Below, piece after piece: positions 1-11,306 of a stretch of 64,000 nucleotides of DNA. Under the pieces are notes generated by a model. That model had not been told where the DNA came from. It did no database searches and saw only the letters and a list, made by a program, of their open reading frames with translations. The position numbers and the translations under genes are program-made. This stretch comes from Trichoplax adhaerens (lineage: Eukaryota > Animalia > Placozoa), in contig NW_002060946.1 in the NCBI RefSeq assembly GCF_000150275.1, forward strand, positions 158,678-222,677, read 5' to 3'. The first letter of the stretch is position 1, and each line of letters opens with the position of its first letter.

Positions 1-3000
1 TGTCAGCTGGAGCTGTTCCTTTTGTTCCATCCTATTTTTTAAATAAACAAGAAGATAACCTAGTTGCAGATAAATTGACATCATCTAGCAAGCATGCCCA
101 ATTGCAGAACAAAAAAAACATTCATCGCAGAAATAAGGCATCAGGCTATGCTGCCAATTACTATCCTAACATGCCATCTCCAGTGCGGACCAATAATAGT
201 TTGCCACTACCCGGAATGCCGGGTAGTAGTAATAACTTGACGCCTTGCGATCAATATCTTCCGATAGATTATTGCCCTTTTATTCCGATACCTTATCAAT
301 ACCCACCTAATACAATTTCTGATAATTACCTTATGAATCACAGAGGATATTATCCCATACCCGGAAATTATAACCAAAAGAAGAAACCTTTTCAGCGTCA
401 CAGTAATCCTGATGTGAAACATGATACCCATGAAAAAGATACTAAAGTTCAATCCAATGAAAAGGAAGTCAGCCAAGTTAACAATGATACTAATACTGTT
501 GACACCACTAGCAACCGTAATAACAATAATGCTAATCAAAATGAGAAAAAGATTACTCCATTAGCTGGTAACTCTGCTGATTTATTACAAGAAACGAAAA
601 AGTCGAAAAGGAAGAAAAAGAAAAAAAACACACCTGCTAATGACAAAGTTTTGTCTACCGCCACCGCATCCGATAACTCCCATCAAGGTAAATTTAGTCA
701 TAAATGATAGCTAAAACTATCGCTTCATTTTGCAATTTGATATCTCTGTATTTAATTCTTGATAGCTTCTGCTCTAATTAAGGCTTGCACTTTAATTGCA
801 ATCAAATTACGTAAGGGTCCGATATTGACATTCATAGATTAATTTTTTTACTTAGAAATTCCAATATCAAATGACAAAAATCAGCAGACACAAGATGCAA
901 TTTCAGTACAAACACCCAGCTCGATACTAGACGTAGTTTCAATGAAAACACTAAATCCGTCAAGTTTAGAACAATCTGAAATAGAAGATTTTCCTCAACT
1001 TAAAATCAATTCAGAATCCAATGTAAATACATCAACAGTAAAATCCTATAGTCAAGTTCTACAGATGCCTCCTTCGAAACAGGTAAAATTCTAAAGTCAC
1101 CATTTTGTAGAATCAGAATATGTGAAATTAATTATTTCGATGGCAATAGCAAAACTGATCTTACTACTTATGTGTTGATATAAAAGTTTTTTACGTATCT
1201 GCATTAACTACGTTAGAGTGATACGAAAACTATCCCCCAAGATAATGACAATGATATAAACCGGAAGGATCTAAATAGCTCTAGTACTAGTGATAACGAT
1301 CACAAAGATGATTCCAATCAAGATCAGGAAACAAAATCAAAAAAGAAAAAAAAGAAAAAGAAGAAGAAAGCTAACCAAGGTGCTAAAGCAATTGACCGAA
1401 AGACAACCTTTAACATAGGTGAAATAATATCTCAATCTCAACAACGCCAGGTAACAAATTACTTTAAAAATAAGTTATATAGATATTTATGACGTATGCA
1501 TATATTAGTAACTGATAGAGACGATAATTCGATAACGTGGTTTATCAATAGTTGAATACTCGCAATATTGTATGTGTAGGTATGTAAATAATGTAATTTT
1601 AATGCGGTTGATTTTCATTTAATATTTAAGACTACTAGTAATAACAAAGAAAAAGTGAAGAATACAAAGAAAGGTATAACTATCAGCATCGGCATTAGTA
1701 ATCCAGGTATATACGTCCACAAAAAAAATGAAGATAGTCAGCGATCGCTATTGCCTAGCCAATCTGATAAGAAAGTTAAGGTATAAACTACGTAAAAATC
1801 GTTGTTTTACAAGGCCCCATAACATGATGCCAACTACAGTAGCTGCTATGTGCTCTTTCGAATTGATAGTAATTATAACATAATTGTATGTATTACAACT
1901 TAGATAATCAAATTAGCGTAGCATTAATCAATAAAAGAATTATACCTTCCTCATTGTGATTAACAACAGTAAAAGTGATAAAAGGACTAAACGGCTTGTA
2001 ACTACAGCATAGAAGAAATTGTGACATTAGATAGTAATATGTCTCTGTAAATATTATATTACTGAGTAATTTACATATTGTTGTAACTTAATATTCAGAC
2101 TATCCGTGATATGCAAAATTATACATATGCAAGTCATCTTTTTGCTTCGTATCATAATGCAAAATACAATGCTCGACTATAGCGACGCATAGATTCTAAG
2201 TCACTCGCTAATAGTTATTATTGTTTGCGTAAAAATGCGCATTAATAGCCCTTGAATCCACTTGACTCTTCCGCATCAACTATTATGCATGGCAAACAGC
2301 GAGAGACACCTAAGAAGAAAAAGCCGAGTCTACTTAAACGTGTAAGTAAATAAATTTAAAATTTATAATATGGCGTTACTAGGACAAATCTTGATATATT
2401 TTTGCCTATTGTAAATGACTTTAGGTCATACTCAAAGAACGTAACGACAAGAAAAAGTCTAAAGATATTCGGGCACACTCCTTACCAAAGTACAGTTGTT
2501 TGTTGTGAATTGTAATTTTATATTGTCAACATAACGCACACTTTGTGGAAGCTTTTCAAGCGTCATCTCTATGTATAATCATATTTCACTGTGTAAAATT
2601 TCTTCTAGTTTATATCAAGACAACAATTTAATTGAAATAGCTGATGAAACCCACCAGTGCCGTAAGTGATTAACTGCTCAAATACTTTTCAACTTTACTA
2701 AATAGTAAATATTAAGTGCAAAACTTACTGTAGTGGTTAATGGCTGTATAAATTATATCGTTGAGCAAGGTAACACTATAACTGAAATATATCGTTTAAT
2801 ACTGCAGTTTCATTGAGTACCCAGCACCATCCCAAAGTCGGTACACTGTTCTTAACTGTTACAAAATATGGATCAATTGATGGCCTTACCGAACAATCGA
2901 CGAAATCAGACATTCATAGTCGAAAGTTTCGTGAGTATGTAAAATATAACTTGCTTAATTAATATATTTTATTTATAGATCGATTATTAATAGTGACATA

Positions 3001-3859
3001 CTTTTGTCTTTTAGGTACTGTGATCATGTTTTATCTAAAGAAATTAATAATTACATATGGGATTTATTAAGAGAATTAGTCCGATTTCAAGATCGGCAGT
3101 ATCAAAAAGATCCCATTAAGGTAGGCGGTTGCTTTAAATTTATTACTACAAATTGTAGAATATAAATGCTACTTCTAGTTTATAGTTGTGATATGTATTA
3201 AAAAATTGCTAATTGACAGGCAAAGATTCGACGTAGATATGTCTTAGGCCTTAGAGAGATTCAAAAGTATCTTCGCCTTAAAAAGCTAAAATGTGTCGTT
3301 ATTTCACCAAATTTAGAAAAAATTACTTATGAAGGTAAACTAAATTTGTATTGGTTAAAGCGCTATGTTACAGTTAATTATGATATCATAAAGTTTGCTC
3401 ACTAAGCAATTCTGATATTCTGCTTACCTTAAGGTGGTATAGATCATACGTTGCAACGAATCATTGAAACCTGTCACTTTCAAAACGTACCTGTTGTTTT
3501 TGGGCTAAATCGACATTCTCTTGGTAGAGCAGTTAAGAGACATGTTCCTGTTAGCATCGTTGGTGTAGTAAATTACGATGGAGTACATGTAAGAATGTAA
3601 AATCTTAAGATTAAAAAATTAGAAGATAGTTTAAATCGTCTTACTAAGTTATTCTAATGTAGATCGATTGATGAATCTAAAATCGTATCTATGCTGACAA
3701 TTGTAAGGCGTATATTACTGCATTGCTAATTTCTAATATGATCTTTGATATTCATACTGACAGGAAAAATATCATGAGTTAATGAAACTGGTCAAGACTG
3801 CACGTGAAGATTATAAGAATCTGAAAGTAAAAAAGCTATTGGAAAATATTACCAATTAA
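1..3859 (+). CDS. SECISBP2: SECIS-binding protein 2 (start codon just upstream of window)
   Basis: Phase-consistent exons <1-687, 856-1082, 1217-1450, 1631-1780, 2249-2341, 2425-2489, 2609-2661, 2808-2934, 3015-3120, 3220-3334, 3434-3588, 3764-3859. Motifs: N-terminal SAGAVPFVP; SID LNPLDSS..GKQRETPKKKKPSLLKR/VILKER; IHSRKFREYC; L7Ae domain RFQDR..DPIKAKIRRRYVLGLRE..VVISPNLE..PVSIVGVVNYDG. Confidence 0.95.
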
Positions 3860-4714
3860 ATCATTCTAATCCGATAATATCAAATTAATTGTATTGCCCT
3901 ATTTGCTTATATTCCACTGTTACTTACGAAAACAATACTATAACATAGAAGGTTCATTTAATGATGGAAAGCAATTAATATATTTTATGTCTGATTTATT
4001 TACATTTACTATTGGTTACTTTTAGTAAAATCGTCTAATGTGTTATTATCTTCAATGGAACGTGATAAGTTCTCTTTGGATATATGTTCTTTTTTAATAA
4101 AAACAACAAAAGTAGGCAGCGAGAAATAAAAAGATGTCTTTTATATCGTAATTTATGACCAACTGATCATGAGCTTACAATATTCACGAGGATCTACATT
4201 TAATAGTGATAGGTGTACACATAGAGCACATACGTAATACTGTACAATGTACATTGCTGTAGTGCAGTCCCAAATATAGCTTAGATTGCGATTCAAGATT
4301 ATACGAGAATAGGTTAAACCGTACGTTAGAGTGTAAAATTGTCTTAAGTAACTATTTGTGGAAGATATTTACAGTACATATTGTAGTAATTGTATTGAGA
4401 TGCTTATATTAAGATTCTGAGATAATAATAGATAGTACTAATTATGTTAGTACCGTGAGATTTGTATTATGACGCTTTAATTAGAAGTGCGAATTATGAA
4501 TTGATACATCTGACTATAAACTCTAATTTTATAAATGATCTCCTTGATTTATATTCGATAATTTATCTGATAACTTCCAAAATACAGCTTGGCTATGTTC
4601 ACATGCTATTATTTGCCCCACTAATTCTACTGTTGATAAAATCAAAAACATCATGCTCAGTAAATCTCCTGGCGACGTTCGCGAACATAGAAGTTGTGAT
4701 GAAATTCTTGAACA

Positions 4715-5232
4715 CGAATATAATTATCCACTAGAGTTCATTCATTAATCAATTAAATCCATCAGGATTGCCTCCCTATAACTTACTGTTGAAAAAAGGC
4801 TACAGTATAACTCTTTTAAGAAATTTAGACATGAAAAATGGCCGTGCAAATGGCTGTAGATATGTAATTAAAGGATTGTATGATTACGTTATCAACGCAG
4901 TCATTGCTATAGGCATTAACGCAGGAAGCAAATATTACGTATTAATTTAATTCCAACTGATGTTATTTATCCTTTTCATACGCAAAAAAAACAGTTTCCA
5001 ATTCGGACTGCATTTGCTATAACAGCTAATAAATCTCAACGCCAAACATTAAATAGGATTAGACTGTATCTTGAGTAGATAGACTAGTTTAGGTACGTTC
5101 AAAGTTATTTTGTGAAGCACTTAGCCGCACACGCAGTGTCAGCAATGTTAAAATTCTAACCAAAAACGCGCATCTATCCGATAGTATTATGCAATTTGCT
5201 GATAATATAGTACATCCTGAAATTTTGTATAT
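4715..5232 (+). pseudogene. Helitron PIF1-like helicase C-terminal remnant (frameshifts and stops)
   Basis: YPLEF..LNPSGLPPYNLLLKKG..LLRNLDMKNGRANGCRY, then in another frame KKQFPIRTAFAITANKSQRQTL and ..NIVHPEIL. This is the typical RepHel helicase C-terminus, intronless and disrupted. Confidence 0.9.
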
Positions 5233-6053
5233 AAATGCACTTATCAAGACAGCATTAGCCTTTGCATATAATGTCTACATAATTGAATTGAGATGATTTT
5301 ATCTTAAATTGTCAACATAAGGCTTGAAATTATATCAATTGTCCATGTAAATTTGAATTAAAGTAGGTTATTTTCATGATACCTTTAGTTTTGCACAGGA
5401 TTGAAATCATTCAACAGTACTATATACAGTACAGTATAACGCAAATTATAACGTAAAAAATCCAAGAATAGTAGCTGTTAAACACAAGATTGTCAAAAAT
5501 ATATTGTATTATACTTCCTTCCCTCCGTTCACATGGGCGGGTATTCTTTACAACGTAATGGTTGATTCGGGTATCGTGGTGCTGTTCTATGGTAAACGTA
5601 TCCTACTTTTTACATACATAGTAATAGCAAAGGTTAACGTAAACTATATTAGGTTTCCGTTGCACGCTATCGAATGCGCATCAACACGGTAAAAGTTACT
5701 GAACCTCTGACAGGTCTATCAAATGTTAATACTATCTGTTAAATGAGCACATTATCGTAAACCGTCAGCAAACCAACGGGAGTTTGTACTAGTAATTGTT
5801 AAACATACGGCATTACAGGATGGTTATTGTACGGTAGTATATTCACATAGCTTTAATGCGGAAAAAGGATAACGCTAGACACAGATAGGAATCTAATACA
5901 AAATTAGTGAATACAAATTGAGTTGTACAGTACTGTATATCGAGGAAATCACGAACGAATAATGCCACGTAGTAATAGAAATTCTAATGTCCACGAAAAC
6001 CAACCAACAAAAATCATCCCTCCGTTCACATGAACGGGTATTTTTTTTACTAG
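4715..6053 (+). mobile_element. Helitron 3' portion ending in hairpin + CTAG
   Basis: Perfect hairpin CCGTTCA-CA-TGAACGG (6022-6037), then CTAG at 6050-6053 followed by T, downstream of the helicase relic. The 5' end was not identified. Confidence 0.75.
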
Positions 6054-7741
6054 TCTTACGTTATAGAGTGAAGTTTGCAAGAAACTGTAATTCTTGTTAT
6101 ATTTTTGAGAAGACACTTTATCACAGTTGGATGCAATGTATGTCAGTACATTAGGCTTAGGTCAGTGTAGGAACGTACTAATAAAGGCAGTGGACAATGC
6201 GAAACAGTTCTTTGCTTGATCATTTACGATATCCGATCTAAACTAAATGTTATCTTTAGGCAGCTATGAAGAGGCCTATACGTTAACTGGTCAGAAATAT
6301 TTATAGTAGGACCTTTCAAGGTCGTGATGTTATAGCTTGCGAATACTGAATCCCAAGCTATTATTCGTAGAATGAATATAATTGATGTGGTACAACGAGT
6401 GGCTGTTGTATGTGACTAAATATACTGTGTACTCGTAAGCATCAGGCATAAAGATAATAACTCTTGTCATTTCTAACGCTTACGCATTTCCCTGTACTAC
6501 TCTTATTATCTACAATTAAACAAACTTGAAATAAGAAGGAATCATACATATCATCAATATCAATTTTATTATCCGAAAAATGCAGGAAAGATGTACAAAA
6601 TTTGGCCATGTAAAAGCACAATACATGTATGATAGTAAAATAATCCAATCGAGGCTTAGTTTTGTGAGCAATAACAACATTATTGCATATCACTGATATC
6701 AGATAATATTATTGCCAGATTTTAATATAACAACAACTGCATTTGTCTAAAAGCATACCGCATATACGTACTGTTAATCTCATTACCTTAAGACTTTACA
6801 TCCAAGATATACTGTACAGTCACAGTAAGATGTAGCATAGCAGCTACACGATCAACAAATATCCAAAGATGTTTCTTACGTTACTAAAATTACTGTATCT
6901 CAGCCAGAAATAAAATTAAATAATAATCCATAACTAAATGTCATATAGAACCCGTATCTGTAATCTTCATTTCAATAATTGACTAGTTACAACTTAAAAT
7001 AGATAAAATATCTTGTGACGTTGATAAATCTTTTCAAGGTACTTTGGAATTGATTAGATTAGTTTAAGTATTATCACTATCATATTGTTAATCTATAATC
7101 AGCAAAGTTAATATAAAATAATTGATTGATTAACACCAACCGAATAGAATCAAGTAATTATTTACTTGTAACGTTGTAACAGGAAATTTACTGATATTAT
7201 AGCGAGTGGTCTACACATTTTTCCTTTATCAGAGTATCACATTTCTGTTATGTAACGATCTAGTTTGTTTGCTAAATAAGAATAATATTTATAACTAATC
7301 TTTTGGAATTGCAAAAGATTGATCCATTACGTGAGCCAACCTGAGTTCAAGTCGTAAGATGACGTTTGTGTTAGCAATTTACAAAGTACCGTAATTATTC
7401 ATTTTAAAGGTATATTGTAAATGTGTCGCATGGAATAATTATAAAATGCTATCCATTAAAAACGTATTCATTCACAGGAAATTTCCGCACATTGCAAAAG
7501 GTAGGTTAGAACAATATCTCAAGAGTACATAGTGTAACTGTAATTCAATTTCCATGGCGTTTTAATCTTTAATAATATAAAATAAGGATGGATAAAGCAT
7601 TTCACAAAATATCTATCATCTTTCGTAAGATGGACTAAAAGATATCGTAGAGTACAAATTGAGTATTTATCATACAAATTTCTTGTGGTATCTTCATTCA
7701 GTGTATAATATATATATTCAGATACAATTCGATAAACAAAT

Positions 7742-9100
7742 TCATTTCTTTTTGGCACTTAAATTCTTAATAGTTTCATAACTGATAATTATAATAATAC
7801 TTGACGGGGCCATAGAAATAACTCTGGCGCTCATCCCTTTTGTAAATCCAGCTAGACCTTCTTCTTGTATTAAAGTCTTTGTAGTTGCAATGATAGATTT
7901 AGTATCCAGTACCTGATGAATGACGACGATCAGATAATCGGTAAGAAAGCAAAATTAGTACAGTTACATCTAAAATTGATCAACTGAACAAAGAATAAGG
8001 TAAATGAGCTTATAATCTGCTCTAATTGCACTATGAACACCATTCAAATAAGTACCGTAATACACTTATAAGATTAATATTGCAAAGTTTATTCTTTCAA
8101 TTAGTTTATCAATTGGTACTTTTTCTGCTTTTCATCTATTTTCAATTACTTTTAATTTTATCTACCTGCATTCTGGTACGGATAACATCAACTGGATTGA
8201 TTAGAACCGCTGACGTGATACCAGCTGTGGCCCCAGCAGTAGCTTGTGCCACTAGATGCGGTGTATTAGGAGGTATAAATTTGCTTAATAAGTTGTTATA
8301 GGCAGCATAAGAACCCCACCAAATTGCGCTGCTAGGACCAAATGTTAAGATAGATATTAAGTATCCACGGTAAAATCCACGTATTCCGTAAGCTTTCCAA
8401 ATTTCATTAGCGATAGTTTTAGCCGATTTTAACTTGGCATCTTGCTGACTAAGAGTATATAATGAACGAAATTGAGGCGAATTTATAGTTTTGGTCGATT
8501 TTTGACTGGAAGACGGCATGATGATGCTGCTGCTGCAGGATTTCTGATGGCGAATGGACGATCAGTCGTGTGTCTACTTGCAATGGTTGTGGTTGCTTTG
8601 CTCTTTCTATCGTATTGATCTTGATTAGCGATTTCCTTCTTTGAAGAAGGTGAGTGACTGGTATAACTTTCCGGTGCCTGTTGACCTTGTACCATTAGTT
8701 TTTGTGACACAATATCAATCGGTACTCCAAATGATTGAGCAATAACGGAAGCCGCACCACCAGCAACAAAGCCTCGAGTAGCTTCGCTAACATAATTTGA
8801 TTGTAATTTTTGCCTAACAATCTCGTAGGCAGTAATGTAAATCTGGCCAATACCTAAACTAACTGAATTGACAAGGAATCCTTTATATAAGCCTCGTAAT
8901 CCTTCGTAACGCAGTATCTTTTTGAATGCATCAAAAGTGCCGGTATAAATCCCAGTACCTCTCTGTACTTGTAATCGTGTTTTGATTAGATTGGCAGGAT
9001 ATAAAGTAAATCGTATACCAAAATAAATAGAAGGTCCAATAGTATAATACTTGAATTTATCTAAATCATCCCAACCAAGTGATTCAATTTTTTCTGACAT
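7742..9100 (-). CDS. SLC25A44: Mitochondrial carrier, SLC25A44-like (frame break in the linker near 8483-8560)
   Basis: MSEKIESLGWDDLDKFKYY start and three carrier signatures (PANLIKTRLQ, PIDIVSQKLM, PVDVIRTRMQ). Intron 8165-7913. Last exon VLDTKS..FTKGMSARVISMAPSS..SYETIK, stop at 7742-7744. Confidence 0.88.
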
Positions 9101-10017
9101 GGTTGTGCTTTCGATGAATAAAGTGTATGCTAGTAATAATAATAATAATAATAATCCAAATGTGAGGATATGAATAAATTGATACTCTAATAAGGTGATG
9201 GTGTGCAATACGCGAATCGCCAATGGACGACGTTATCACGATGTAATAACAGATACTGTATCTAAATATGTAGAGTACAATATAGTACTTTACAGTATAG
9301 CAATCAAGTTCCGGTCTTTGCCAGGTAATAATTTAGTGTTACAACATGGGATTGTAATAATTCCCTCCAAGCGAATTCAAATTCAAATTCACTTACTATA
9401 CGATATCAGATTTGACAGTGAGTTGAAGACATTGATCGCGAGATCGAATATCTTCACGTCATTAATTTTTATTGCATCATTCAACCAATCGTTGCTTGGA
9501 ATGAATTCTAATCATTACTCTGAGTAGATGAAGTTGTTATCTAATGACCAATAAATTAGCTACTTTTAACCATGGATCGTTTATTTATAACAAAGGTCAA
9601 CGTTGGTTGGTTGATTGTTTCTTGCTTTTTCCCACTAGGAAGAATTGGATGGAACGAATTATCCGTTCTCTCTCGGATGATTGCAATAAGTTATCAGCGT
9701 AATTTCAATTTTAATCACCGCCACAACGCTGGCAAAAGACCGTATGCAGTAGAAGTGAATACTTGCTTGCAAAGTGAGAAACTTTTATGACGTACAGTAC
9801 TCTTCTAAACTTAATATGTGATCTTGTCAGTCTGGATAGATGGCATCCAGTCTTGCAGTCAATTTGGCTTGAATTCCAGTTTTCGACGAATGGAGCGCGA
9901 TCACATTAGACAGCAGAATGGTTGCATCTAGCGTTGCTGCCGTCAATTTTGCCTCTTGGCTCTTGGCTATGGAGTGGCTAGATATTCTCTTTTAAGGGTC
10001 TGGCCCGATCTTGGTTA

Positions 10018-10304
10018 CCGTATTTTTCCCCGTACATGAACTACCGTACGTACTGTACACTGTACAGTACAGTACTGTACAGGTACTGGATTAGTGGATT
10101 GCGTGAACAGAGAGCAGCAGCAGCGACAATCCAACCCCATTTTTTCATAGCAATGACTGAGCATATTGCACAGTATTGTACGTCTGTGCTGCTGATCAGA
10201 CTGAAAACCTCAGCCGTCATCGTATAGTAGAGTGCTACAAACTGGCATAATCGTACGTACTGTACTGTAGAGTAGAAAGGGTAAAATAGGGGAAATATTC
10301 ACGG
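10018..10304. mobile_element. Putative Tc1/pogo-type MITE with TA target duplication
   Basis: TA|CCGTATTTTTCCCC ... GGGGAAATATTCACGG|TA: imperfect 14-16 bp terminal inverted repeats flanked by TA, no recognisable coding content. Confidence 0.45.
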
Positions 10305-10558
10305 TACAGTACCCACTGCGCATAGGCTATGCGGCATATCGTGACCTCGGTCACCTGTTTACATACCCTCTCTCATTCAGTGTTCAACAATTGCTTCTAC
10401 CGTGCAGTAGAATTTAGATTCCACTGACCTCATCTGAGTAGGCTAATTTGCATGATTACAGTAAGCAGAAAGAGCAACTCGTCGGAATTTACGGTCTGTT
10501 ATTACCATTTTCACTGTAGTATACTCTATTAATGACTTTACGTTCAAGATTGGGGGAA

Positions 10559-10905
10559 TTTCTGTCAACGGTTTGCGTAGTTAAAATGTCAATTGACGTT
10601 TTTATAAGACTACAGCGTGAAAACCATGGACAGAAATTTCCCCCCTGGATAAAAAAAGAGGACCCTGTTCGATAAAGCCGCCCATTTCTCAGATAGTGAT
10701 AGAAAAACACTACAGGTAGAGGTACGTACTATGCATTTCTGTCAACGCTTTGGGTAGTTAAAATGTCAATTGACGTTTTTATAAGACTACAGCGTGAAAA
10801 CCACGGACAGAAATTTCCCCCCTGGATAAAAAAGAGGGCCCTGTTCGATAAAGCCGCCCATTTCTCAGATAGTGATAGAAAAACACTACAGGTAGAGGTA
10901 CGTAC
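10559..10905. repeat. Tandem duplication, 2 x 176-177 bp
   Basis: tctgtcaacg...actacaggtagaggtacgtac starts at 10561 and 10738; the copies are nearly identical. Confidence 0.95.
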
Positions 10906-11306
10906 AGTACAGTACTATACACTTCTCACAAGCCAGCATCGTACATAATACCGTACTATGGGGTTCAGAAAAAAATGTGGAGCGCTCTTTACAGTGTACA
11001 CATGTACAGTACATGGCGACAGTACTCTGCACTGTATACTACAATGCACGGTACTGTAGTTTTTTTCAACAAGCTGACGCTGTAACAGCAGTGTACTGAT
11101 GGAACCGTAGCTGTTGCATCGAAACCTTGATACACTTGATCGCGAGCGAGTACTGTACTGTAGCACTCGGCACTCGCTCAGGCGGCTCGGTCAACTACAG
11201 TGATAGCAATAATAATAAAAGTTGACCAACATCACACAACCCGCATTCGGTCAAATCCATACTGCTAACATTGATTGTCATTCAATTCGTTCAAAGCTTG
11301 CAAACG

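Larger units (their letters stand above)
10016..11200. promoter_or_regulatory. Divergent promoter region SLC25A44/HDHD2, rich in TACAG/CTGTA units
   Basis: Lies between head-to-head genes; dense TA-CAG/CTG/CCG/CGG-TA units. Confidence 0.6.

Noticed and set aside
207-539. Antisense and other short ORF-track entries
   Set aside because: Shadows of real exons or chance ORFs in AT-rich DNA, with no recognisable motifs.
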